Position numbers and translations under genes: made by a program
In this document: piece after piece, positions 1 through 8,453 of the stretch
How positions within the stretch are numbered: position 1 is the first letter of the stretch
How the letters are laid out: each line of letters opens with the position of its first letter
From: an uncultured Gammaproteobacteria bacterium
GTDB taxonomy: Bacteria > Patescibacteriota > Microgenomatia > UBA10105 > UBA927
DNA length: 64,000 nt
Assembly (NCBI GenBank): GCA_964449585.1
Contig: CAYUZE010000001.1
Coordinates: forward strand, 140,142 to 204,141
Direction: 5' to 3'
The notes under the pieces: generated by a model
Database searches by the model: none
What the model saw: only the letters and a program-made list of their open reading frames with translations
Told to the model about the DNA's origin: nothing

Positions 1-318
1 TTAGCGAGCTTGAGGAAAAGTACGCCTACTTAGTAGAACGACTTGCCCTTAAGCGATCCATGCAAGCGCGGGCATACGCCTTCGCCACTGCGTAAGATCC
101 ATCCTGACTACTCTTTTGTCTGGTGAGGGTATCAGGGTGTAAACAAAGCCAGGCCGCCAGGCTGTTCATGATCGGGAACAGCCGGAGTACAATTTCGATC
201 ACCCCTCTTGTATGGTATTTGTCCGTTTCTTCCGTACAAGAGAATCAAACGGACTACGCTTGTAGAAGTTTTTGATGTATTCCTTCGGACCCGGGCTCAT
301 TACCCGGCATCTCCACCC
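1..318 (+). ncRNA. ssrA: tmRNA, 3' portion (5' end lies before the window)
   Basis: Open frame 3..95 ends ...MQARAYAFATA-stop, a typical Ala-rich hydrophobic tag end. The tRNA-like 3' domain reads GGAC-CCGGG-CTCATTA-CCCGG-CATCTCC-ACC at 287..317. Confidence 0.8.
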
Positions 319-400
319 ATTCGCGTCCGTCCCGCTTAGGCGGGACGAGATAGGGCAAGCAATCTTGCCTCCTTGTACAATGGTATAAGGAGGCTTTATT

Positions 401-1087
401 GTGGACTTTTTGTCGCTCTTTTTCCCCAGACGATGCATTCGTTGTCGACGGCTCGGTGCGTATGTGTGCCCTCGGTGTGCCAAAACACTCCCGTTTTTAT
501 CGTCCTCCGAAATGATTTGCCCATATTGCAATAAACCCGCCATAGACGGTGCGGTACACCCGCGGTGTCGAACGCGGCACGGGCTCGACGGACTGACGTG
601 TTTTTTCCGGTATCGGGGAGTGGTGCGGACATTGATTCACGAAATGAAATATCGGCTCGTTTCTGATACCGCACCGTCGTTCATCGCGATGGTTCCCGAT
701 ACGATGCTACAGCTGATTCGGATGAGGAAAGAGAGCTCGTCCACGGTTATTATCCCCATTCCTATGGCACACCGACGGCAGAGGCTTCGCGGCTTTAATC
801 AGGCGGAACTCATTGCAATGGCGCTGGGGAAGCGGTTGGCGCTCCCCCTCGACACAACGACCCTTTTCCGCACCAGAGAAACAGCGCCGCAGGCAACGGC
901 AGAAAAGCGCATTCTTAGGCTCCAAAATGTAAAAAATGCCTTTTCTGCAACAAAGGGGAAGAGTCTTGCCCGCGGCGTTATCCTTTGTGATGACGTCTAT
1001 ACGACCGGGGCCACCATGAAAAATGCTGCTAGCGCGTTAAAACGCGCTGGAATAGAATACGTGTGGGGAGTCGCGATGGCTCGATGA
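401..1087 (+). CDS. comF: ComF family protein (zinc ribbon + phosphoribosyltransferase-like domain)
   Basis: N-terminal CxxC pairs (FPRRCIRC, CPRC, CPYC), RGFNQA motif and LCDDVYTTGAT PRT motif. Confidence 0.9.
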   Translation: MDFLSLFFPRRCIRCRRLGAYVCPRCAKTLPFLSSSEMICPYCNKPAIDGAVHPRCRTRHGLDGLTCFFRYRGVVRTLIHEMKYRLVSDTAPSFIAMVPDTMLQLIRMRKESSSTVIIPIPMAHRRQRLRGFNQAELIAMALGKRLALPLDTTTLFRTRETAPQATAEKRILRLQNVKNAFSATKGKSLARGVILCDDVYTTGATMKNAASALKRAGIEYVWGVAMAR

Positions 1088-1088
1088 T

Positions 1089-1760
1089 ATGAAAGCATAT
1101 ATACCGGTACAAGGAAAAACGGTGGTAATCGTAGCAGGCGGGGTGTATCACCCGCCCTTGTTATCGAAAATAGCATCAGCGGATTATGTGGTAGGTGTTG
1201 ATAGGGGGGCGCTATTGCTCCTCAAAAAAAAATTGCCGCTTCATCTTGCCATCGGTGATTTTGATTCCGTAACGGCAAAAGAAAAGCGACGGATTCACGC
1301 AGCAGCGCATACGTATATCGAATACCAGCCGGAAAAGGACATGTCCGACCTGGAGCTCGCCGTACTGTAAGTTTGTACGGGCGATCCGCAAAGCGTCACG
1401 CTCTTTGCCGTCCTTGGGAACCGATTCGACCATACCATGGAGGCAATTCATAGCTTGGCGTACTTATCGTCGCACAATATTGATGGAGAAATTGTGGATA
1501 ACTTTAATAAAATAAACATTGTGCGACGAGGTCGGGTAAAGTTTTCACGATCGGCACAATTTCGGTATCTGTCGATTATGCCGTTGACTCAACGGGCAAT
1601 TGTCACGCTGAAGGGCGTCAAATATCCGATCACAAAAGGTATCATGCACCGATATTCATCACGCGGCATTAGTAACGAACTTACCCACACGGTTGCGTCC
1701 GTTACCGTCCATCAAGGAACCGTGCTCGTTATACGAAGCTCGGACATGGCTAGGAGTTAG
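1089..1760 (+). pseudogene. thiN: Thiamine pyrophosphokinase interrupted by one in-frame TAA (1368..1370)
   Basis: ORFs 1089..1370 and 1437..1760 share one frame. Motifs VDRGA, IGDFDS and EKDMSDLELA precede the stop; LGNRFDHT and KGVKYP..GISNE follow it. Confidence 0.85.
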
Positions 1761-1771
1761 GCGGTTATTCT

Positions 1772-1780
1772 TGGTATAAT
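1772..1780 (+). promoter_or_regulatory. Extended -10 promoter for the tRNA-Ser cluster
   Basis: TGGTATAAT lies 9 nt upstream of the first tRNA. Confidence 0.6.
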
Positions 1781-1789
1781 GATGCCCAC

Positions 1790-1875
1790 GGAGAGTGGCC
1801 CGGACGGTAAGGGAACGGTTTGCTAAACCGTGACGAGCGTAAGTTCGTCAATGGGTTCGACTCCCATACTCTCCG
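1790..1875 (+). tRNA. tRNA-Ser(GCT)
   Basis: GGAGAGT/ACTCTCC acceptor, ACGGT-TTGCTAA-ACCGT anticodon arm, long variable arm, TTCGACT T-loop, G73. Confidence 0.9.
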
Positions 1876-1895
1876 CAAAGTGGTACACTGGATTA

Positions 1896-2372
1896 GTGAG
1901 CGAGCAGTACAAACGCCATCCGAATACCAAGTGTACGGTCTGTCGTAAAGAGATATATAAACGCCCTTCAGTTATACAAGTAAATTCGGGAAGGGTTTTT
2001 TGTAGTATAACCTGTTATGGCATTGCTAATCGCAAAGAAGTGTCTTGCATCGTGTGCGGCAAACGCATGCTGTCTGGTTTAAACAAAAAAACTTGTAGTC
2101 GGGCATGTGCGAATCAAAATAGGATAGGAACAAAATACCATCAAAATAGACCAAGAGATAAAGTGATTACCATTCGACGTATTAAAATACGCTTATTCGA
2201 AGCGAGAGGTGAGGAATGTGAACGATGTGGATACAAGCGAGCGGCCATTTTACAAGTGCATCATAAAGATAGAAATCATAGTAATAATGAATTGAATAAC
2301 TTAGAAATACTTTGTCCGAACTGTCATTACGAAGAACATTTACATGAAGATAGTCAGGTAAAAGCAGAGTAA
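1896..2372 (+). CDS. HNH endonuclease with N-terminal Cys-rich zinc-binding repeats
   Basis: CxxC repeats, then CERCG...LQVHHKD..N...NLEILCPNCH..EH. The GTG at 1896 follows a TGGTACACT -10 box; the ORF-track start at 1830 lies inside the tRNA. Confidence 0.85.
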   Translation: MSEQYKRHPNTKCTVCRKEIYKRPSVIQVNSGRVFCSITCYGIANRKEVSCIVCGKRMLSGLNKKTCSRACANQNRIGTKYHQNRPRDKVITIRRIKIRLFEARGEECERCGYKRAAILQVHHKDRNHSNNELNNLEILCPNCHYEEHLHEDSQVKAE

Positions 2373-2379
2373 TGTTTGT

Positions 2380-2462
2380 GGAGGGGTGCTCCGAATGGTA
2401 AGGAACCAGTCTTGAAAACTGGCGCCCGTAAGGGCTTGCAGGTTCGAGTCCTGTCCCCTCCG
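2380..2462 (+). tRNA. tRNA-Ser(TGA)
   Basis: GGAGGGG/CCCCTCC acceptor, CCAGT-CTTGAAA-ACTGG anticodon arm, variable arm GCCC-GTAA-GGGC, TTCGAGT T-loop. Confidence 0.92.
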
Positions 2463-2467
2463 CACTT

Positions 2468-2550
2468 GGAGAGGTCGCATAGTGGCTATTGCAGCGGTTT
2501 ACTAAACCGCCGACCGCAAGGTCTCGTGGGTTCGAGTCCCGCCCTCTCCG
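2468..2550 (+). tRNA. tRNA-Ser(ACT), rare A34 anticodon
   Basis: GGAGAGG/CCTCTCC acceptor, GCGGT-TTACTAA-ACCGC anticodon arm (ACT at 2501..2503), GACC-GCAA-GGTC variable arm, TTCGAGT T-loop, G73. Confidence 0.88.
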
Positions 2551-2724
2551 CAGTAGTCTCAAGGTTCTACCCGACCCGTTCACTACCCCTGAATGGGTTG
2601 ATCTGGATTGCTAAACTATCCTCAACTCAACATTTTTTGTTTTAAGAGCCCAGAGAAGGTTGATGGGCCTCATTACAGGACGCAGCTTTTGACAGATATT
2701 ATTTTGAAATGAAAATACTTTGAG

Positions 2725-4050
2725 TTATTTTATACGAAGCTGTCGGTTGTGGAGGATAAATTTTGTTTTGATAACCGAGAGGATTTCCTGACGTTCTTCT
2801 GTTGATCCATGTTGGAGCGTGTGGAGCAAATACCGCTTTACCATATCGTGACTTATGTGCTTGAAGGTTGCGTAGTCTATTTTTTGCAAGTTTCCCTCTA
2901 AATATTGTTGCTTTAGTACGTCTGAACGAAGTTCATGGAATTGGTCTATTTTGTGTTTGAGCTTATGGGCAAGTTCCAGTTCGTTAATCTTTATATCGTC
3001 GAGGTATGCGATTAATTGCTGAATGAGGTCTGCTTCGGTGATGTACGGCTCATCACAGTCATAATCGATAGATCGGGTGCAGTGGTAATAGACGTGTTTA
3101 TTATATCCGCCATATTTAAGCTTCTTGTACCGCTCTTCTCCGGTTACTGACGCACCGCAACTTCCGCACTTACAAAGGGTTTTGAATGGAAATGTTTTTT
3201 GATGCCACGTTTTTGGAGGAATCGTGAGTTGCAGTTGCACCTTTTCCCAAAGCGCTTTGGTAATAAGTGGTGGATGTTGTCCTTTGTAGATAATTCCGTG
3301 ATATTCAAAGTCACCATAATAGAAACGACTGTTGAGCGCGGTATAGATTTTGCTTAAGGGAATCGATTTATCGTTCTTGGTCCGGAAGCCAATCGTATCC
3401 AGCCATTTTTTGATTGTCCGTCCGCTTTGGCCTTGCTCGCCAACACGGATAAACATTTGTTTGATGAATGGTGCACGTTCTTCATCAATAATAATTTTGC
3501 TGATCCGGTTGTTTGTAAGGATGTTTTTATATCCGATCGGAGCGACACCCGGCCGCCATCCCATTTCACACTTTGCCTTGAGTCCGCGTTTTACGTTAAT
3601 GCCTCTGTTGTCGTTTTCTAGTTTCGCCTGTGAACAGAGAATCATGAGAAGAAACTTTTCGTTGGGATTATTACCGAACACCTGTGAATATGTTCGGATT
3701 GTCTGGAGTTTTCCCTGATCCATAAGATCGACGAGTCGCCCCAGATCACCTGCATTTCGCGATAGTCGGTCCGGTGCCCAGGTGAGAATGCCGGAAAATA
3801 ACCCTTGTTCAATATCCGTAAGCATCTGATTAAATACTGGTCGGGCGAGGGAAGCTTTGGCTGAATGGCTTTCCTGCCGAATCTCCGCGATGGTAATCTG
3901 TTCGCGGGCAGCCAGATCCGTCATTTCCTTAATCTGCGAATCAATGGACATTGCTTGCCGTTCGTCCGATTCGCTCGATTTCCGCGCATACAAACAGTAT
4001 TCAATAGTAGGGGTTTGTGCTGCTATAGGACTGTTAGTTGTATTGGTCAT
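2725..4050 (-). CDS. Large serine recombinase (resolvase + recombinase + zinc ribbon)
   Basis: YARKSSE catalytic Ser motif, PDRLSRN, GWRPGVAPIGY, HPPLIT..W, CGSCG...YYHC. Confidence 0.95.
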   Translation of the reverse strand: MTNTTNSPIAAQTPTIEYCLYARKSSESDERQAMSIDSQIKEMTDLAAREQITIAEIRQESHSAKASLARPVFNQMLTDIEQGLFSGILTWAPDRLSRNAGDLGRLVDLMDQGKLQTIRTYSQVFGNNPNEKFLLMILCSQAKLENDNRGINVKRGLKAKCEMGWRPGVAPIGYKNILTNNRISKIIIDEERAPFIKQMFIRVGEQGQSGRTIKKWLDTIGFRTKNDKSIPLSKIYTALNSRFYYGDFEYHGIIYKGQHPPLITKALWEKVQLQLTIPPKTWHQKTFPFKTLCKCGSCGASVTGEERYKKLKYGGYNKHVYYHCTRSIDYDCDEPYITEADLIQQLIAYLDDIKINELELAHKLKHKIDQFHELRSDVLKQQYLEGNLQKIDYATFKHISHDMVKRYLLHTLQHGSTEERQEILSVIKTKFILHNRQLRIK

Positions 4051-4117
4051 ATCAAGGAGGAACAGTACCGCGAAGGGGTGGTGAAGTCTAGCGGATGAAT
4101 CTTATAAGGACAGGAGG

Positions 4118-4870
4118 TTATATATCTAGTGATAGCATTACCGGATTGTGGTCGCTGTATTTTCTAATTTCGGGGCTATCAATCACGTCGCATTTAACAA
4201 AGTGCTTCGAGAGAGATTTGCTTATGAAGAAATAGTCATTTTGCCACGGTATGTTGCTTTTAGGATATCGAAGCGTTTGGACAAAGTTTTTGTTTCCAGT
4301 GAGTTCGTAACAGTTTTCAAGTCCAAGATCTTTAAGTCGTTCAAAGAATATTCGGTGTGATTGGCCTCCAAACTGCTGGTCAAATTGCAAACTTGCATTA
4401 AGATCTCCGGCGAGAATGATATTTCTTTTGCCGCTCATGTGGCCCTTTAATATTCCGGTAAGATCGGAAATAATTCGGTGAAGGTTTGGAATGGAATAAC
4501 CGATATATCCAATTTTATCCATCCTGCCATATAGGGAGATAAACGTAAAAAGGGTGTTGTTAATATTTGTGTTTGCTATGACACAAAGCTCTTTGTGTCC
4601 ATTCCTATTCCATTCGGGGATTGAAGCCTCTGGTTCTTCTGTAAGCGAATAGGCTCCCGAATATATCCCCGCGCCCCACGATTTTCTCCCATTAGATACT
4701 CCTGCGGGATGCCATATGAAATTCTGATTATTTTTTATAAACGTCGGTTTATGTGCCTCTTGAAAGAGGAGGACATCAGCTCCTAACTGAGTGAAATATC
4801 TCCATGACGAGTCGAGAAGCTTTTTGTGGCTCCAATACGCCATATTCCATGTCATAACTTTCATTTCCAT
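4118..4870 (-). CDS. Endonuclease/exonuclease/phosphatase (EEP) family protein
   Basis: MTWN, LLFQE, ILAGDLN, NDYFF and SDHNPV motifs. Confidence 0.9.
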   Translation of the reverse strand: MEMKVMTWNMAYWSHKKLLDSSWRYFTQLGADVLLFQEAHKPTFIKNNQNFIWHPAGVSNGRKSWGAGIYSGAYSLTEEPEASIPEWNRNGHKELCVIANTNINNTLFTFISLYGRMDKIGYIGYSIPNLHRIISDLTGILKGHMSGKRNIILAGDLNASLQFDQQFGGQSHRIFFERLKDLGLENCYELTGNKNFVQTLRYPKSNIPWQNDYFFISKSLSKHFVKCDVIDSPEIRKYSDHNPVMLSLDI

Positions 4871-4979
4871 ATCAAGGCCAATGATATGAGAAACGTGGCA
4901 TGAAAGCAAATGAGATTTGAGGCTAATTGCTCGCTTTAAGCTAGTGGAATTGATCGCTCGCAGCTATCACGATTAGCTT

Positions 4980-5195
4980 ATGTTTTTGAGTGTAAATCAG
5001 ACAAAGGAGCGACTGGGTAAGCGCATTCAGAAAGCGCGTAAAAGCATGGGATTCACCCAAGAAGAACTAGCGGAGAAGATTCGTATAAGCAGGACTCATA
5101 TGGGTCACATTGAGCAAGGAAGAAAATCTCCGTCAATTAAGGTGATGACAAGAATTTCGAAAGTGCTTAGGGTTAAGCTATCGGACTTGTTTTAG
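4980..5195 (+). CDS. XRE-family helix-turn-helix regulator
   Basis: RKSMGFTQEELAEKIRISRTHMGHIEQGRKSPS. Confidence 0.9.
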   Translation: MFLSVNQTKERLGKRIQKARKSMGFTQEELAEKIRISRTHMGHIEQGRKSPSIKVMTRISKVLRVKLSDLF

Positions 5196-5196
5196 T

Positions 5197-6642
5197 TTAT
5201 GCAATAAAGAATTGAAAAGGCGGTTTATTATCCAATTCCTGTATTTTGAGCACTAAAAGCGAAAACGCATCCGCTAGGTCATCATGTTTTTCGATGCCAA
5301 ACCCCGTTAATTGCTGTATAAGTTCTTCAGCTCCTTTTTTAGGAAAGAGTATATTTCCCTGTTTAATAAGGTGGGTAATGAGGGCTAGCCGTGCTCGTTT
5401 ATCCTGACCCGACACTTTTACGCCCTCGGCAGGGATGTTATTTGCTTGAAGATGTTGTATGAGCGATCCCTGGTATCCAACTTCTTCGATATATAGCATG
5501 GTGAATTTTCCATTTCCTAGGTTTTTTGAGAGATTTTTTGCCTGTTCAAAAGTTTGAGGAAAATCAAGTCGGTTGTTTATAGGAAAAGGAAGTATATATA
5601 CTCGTAAATCACTTTTGTACCCGAATACTTTAGCGGATACCATTGCTGTACAGTCTGCTGAATCTTTTTGTGAGATGGCAAGATCAACTCCGGTGGCAAT
5701 AAATCGAAATCCGTTCGTTGTTTCAGGTGGCAATTGGTCATAATAGTGTATCCATTCCGGGTGCACCAATCTGTCAGCGTCCGATATGATTCGTAGGAGA
5801 TACTCTCGATACCATGCGGATTCCGATCCAATGCTCAGGTGTAGTTTTTCAATTTCGGCGAGCGTCGGGAATTTATCCTGCCACGCGATTTCGTTTTCTT
5901 TACTTAATAGCGGATACGCGTAGAATTGTCCATGCAACTTTTCTTCATCAATTGAGTGTTTTAGTCTCATGAGTAAACTATCCTCATGGAGGAGGTTTCC
6001 TACGATAATTATTTTGGTATATTGATCACCAATCGGAAGAACGTCTCCTGTTAACCACTGAAACGTCTTGTCTCGTCCTTCGCGCGTTTTTACGCTCGTT
6101 AAATCCTCAACGTCATCGCAAATGACCAAATCGGGTCTATGTTCTCCATGTCGCGCTCCACGTATGCTTTGCTCTGATGAGGCAATAGTGATTCTTGCTC
6201 CGTAATTTGAGAGTACAATAGTGCTTGATCCCCATTCATCACTAAATTCTTCGAACGGACCGATGTCTGATTTGAGCAGATCGTTGGTTTCCAGCTCACG
6301 TTTAATATTTGCCATGTGTAATTTAGCTTGTGATTGTGTCTGACACAGGATCAGGACAAACTTTTTTTGCTGGATGCCCACAATTGACCAGATGACGTAC
6401 GACAAAGTCATAAGTGTAGATTTGCCGGAACCTCTAAAAGCAACCAGAACAAAAAGTTTGTTAGTAATATCTTCGGTAATACGAAACATTTCGTGATGGA
6501 AAGGAGCAAACGGGTATGTGATGTAGTGGTGAAGATATATTGTGAAGAACCAATAATGACTGTTGCGTGCGAGTGCCCGGCGTACCGACCTCTTTTGCTT
6601 GATTTCTTCTAATTCGTTGGGCGTTAAATGCGTGGTGGTCAT
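5197..6642 (-). CDS. Phage terminase large subunit
   Basis: Walker A AFRGSGKST, RG...RPDLVICDDVED Walker B, RNase H-like nuclease GVDLA...IEE..YQ...HDDLADA. Confidence 0.9.
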   Translation of the reverse strand: MTTTHLTPNELEEIKQKRSVRRALARNSHYWFFTIYLHHYITYPFAPFHHEMFRITEDITNKLFVLVAFRGSGKSTLMTLSYVIWSIVGIQQKKFVLILCQTQSQAKLHMANIKRELETNDLLKSDIGPFEEFSDEWGSSTIVLSNYGARITIASSEQSIRGARHGEHRPDLVICDDVEDLTSVKTREGRDKTFQWLTGDVLPIGDQYTKIIIVGNLLHEDSLLMRLKHSIDEEKLHGQFYAYPLLSKENEIAWQDKFPTLAEIEKLHLSIGSESAWYREYLLRIISDADRLVHPEWIHYYDQLPPETTNGFRFIATGVDLAISQKDSADCTAMVSAKVFGYKSDLRVYILPFPINNRLDFPQTFEQAKNLSKNLGNGKFTMLYIEEVGYQGSLIQHLQANNIPAEGVKVSGQDKRARLALITHLIKQGNILFPKKGAEELIQQLTGFGIEKHDDLADAFSLLVLKIQELDNKPPFQFFIA

Positions 6643-7055
6643 TTTTCCTCCGTGTGTTCCGCTGGCGCTAAGGCAGCCAGTTTTAATGCTTTCGACACCA
6701 ACTCCTCTTGTTCCGGTGTTAATACTTCGTTGTCTGCTTTTAACCGCGCCGTTACTTCAACTTTGGTTGCATAGAGTGGATGGTGATGTTTGAGCCAGAA
6801 GATGATGGCTGTGAGATTTTTGTCCCGTATCGCACTCATAAGTTGGGATTCAGCCATATCGTTTACCAGCGACGCCCCTTCGATAAGCGCATCATTGGCC
6901 TGTTTAGCAAACATTTCGTCCTGATTGGTCCATCGGTAATAGGTGGCTCGCGCAATGCCGACTTTTTCGCATGCAATTTGAATAATAGGCGTACGTTTAA
7001 GTTGCTCAAGTAACAACGACTTATTTTTCTGTTGTCGTTTTTGGATTGTTTTCAT
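6639..7055 (-). CDS. phBC6A51-like HTH protein, probable terminase small subunit
   Basis: ACEKVGIARATYYRW HTH and AIIFWLK motif; overlaps the terL start. Confidence 0.75.
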   Translation of the reverse strand: MKTIQKRQQKNKSLLLEQLKRTPIIQIACEKVGIARATYYRWTNQDEMFAKQANDALIEGASLVNDMAESQLMSAIRDKNLTAIIFWLKHHHPLYATKVEVTARLKADNEVLTPEQEELVSKALKLAALAPAEHTEEK

Positions 7056-8389
7056 AGGATTCGTTTAGCCTTTTGACCAGTAAGTTTTTCCCACCGGTTA
7101 CGGATGACTTCCGCGTAGACTGGTGATTTTTCCATAAGAAAGCAGCGCCGTTTCAGCTTTGTAGCAGCTATAAGGGTGCTGCCTGATCCTCCAAAAGGCT
7201 CCACGATTAGGTCTCCGCGCTTCGTGAGCACCTTGATGTACGGGATAAGGATTTCGAGAGGCTTGGTGCCAAAAATAATACCTTGCCCGGAACTTTTTTC
7301 ATCCGCGGCTACATGTTCTATGAAATCGGTAGGCTGATACTTCTTGCCTTTCTCATACCCTTCCCAATGAGGTTTTCCGGATATAGCATAGAGAGCCGTT
7401 TCGTATTCATTCTGTAAACCATCTTCTTCGGTCTCGTTATTGAATTCAACGTCGGTATTTTTGCTCGCTCCCACCATGGCAATATCATGTTTGCTAAAGA
7501 ATTTATATTTAGCTGAAAATCCTTGTACACGGTTTGGCAAATGCCACACAAGCATATTCTTTATCTTCCAATGTGCTTCCATAGCTGACCAAATAGTGCG
7601 GATATTTTTCCAGTTTTCATAGACGATGATAGAAAAATGTTCTTTTTGTACTTTGGCTATATTATTCATCCAGAGTTCCGTGAAGTTGTCCGGTAGCACA
7701 TCGGTTTCAAGATATCTGCGATCACGCTTGGCCCCAAAACCAGTAACAGCATTTCCATGTTTCTTTTTACCCTTGAGATAGTCGAGGATGTATGGCGGAT
7801 CGGTAAAACACATATCTGCCTTTTCTTCATCCATAAGCTTTAATACATCTGCTTCAACCGTGGAATCGCCACACATCATGCGGTTATCGCCTAGTGCATA
7901 AACGTCTTGTTTTTGTATCGATATTTTGTCGATTTTGAGCTTGTGCAGTTCTTTTTGAAGATCAAATTCCTCCGGTGTTTCGTCGATGCCAAATATGTCA
8001 TCCATTTCTTCGCTGGTAAATCCGATGTCGGTAAGCAGTGATTGGTCGAATTTCGCGAGTTTACTCCAGTCCCAATAACCGGTGTTTCTATTTAACCGGA
8101 TATTTAATTCCTTCTCTCGTTCAACATCTGGAATCGTGAGATATACGACAGGGATGGTTTTGTACCCCAAGTCTTTCGCAACTTTAAGGCGCATGTGGCC
8201 ACCTATGACAATATTCTGTCTATTAGGTGCGTTGTTAACGATAATGGGATCAACAAGGCCATACCTCTTTACACTCTCCGTAAGTTGTTTGAGGGCATCC
8301 GGGGTCCATTTCCGTGGGTTATAGATAGCTGCATTTAGGCCAGTTATTTGGATATATAGAACCTGTAACTTAGAGTCGATCGTTTGCAT
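7052..8389 (-). CDS. ParB N-terminal domain + N4/N6 DNA methyltransferase
   Basis: YNPRK...YGLVDPIIVN...IGGHMRL ParB-like region, then FTDPPY, TKP and EPFGGSGST. Confidence 0.9.
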   Translation of the reverse strand: MQTIDSKLQVLYIQITGLNAAIYNPRKWTPDALKQLTESVKRYGLVDPIIVNNAPNRQNIVIGGHMRLKVAKDLGYKTIPVVYLTIPDVEREKELNIRLNRNTGYWDWSKLAKFDQSLLTDIGFTSEEMDDIFGIDETPEEFDLQKELHKLKIDKISIQKQDVYALGDNRMMCGDSTVEADVLKLMDEEKADMCFTDPPYILDYLKGKKKHGNAVTGFGAKRDRRYLETDVLPDNFTELWMNNIAKVQKEHFSIIVYENWKNIRTIWSAMEAHWKIKNMLVWHLPNRVQGFSAKYKFFSKHDIAMVGASKNTDVEFNNETEEDGLQNEYETALYAISGKPHWEGYEKGKKYQPTDFIEHVAADEKSSGQGIIFGTKPLEILIPYIKVLTKRGDLIVEPFGGSGSTLIAATKLKRRCFLMEKSPVYAEVIRNRWEKLTGQKAKRIL

Positions 8390-8453
8390 GTTAAGAACAT
8401 TGTAGGGAGAAGCGTTGATGCAAACGATAGAGGTCTTACAAGGTGTTAATAAC

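Noticed and set aside
199-925. Minus-strand ORFs 199..543, 396..674 and 707..925
   Set aside because: Antisense shadows of tmRNA and comF with no motifs.
1368-1370. Stop-codon reassignment as the explanation for the thiN TAA
   Set aside because: TAA, TAG and TGA all end conserved genes at expected positions (e.g. rpoD TAA, pilC TAG, comF TGA).
2182-2645. ORFs 2182..2583 (-) and 2376..2645 (+)
   Set aside because: They overlap tRNA genes; RRGRDSNPR and AEGTGLEPA are typical translations of antisense tRNA.
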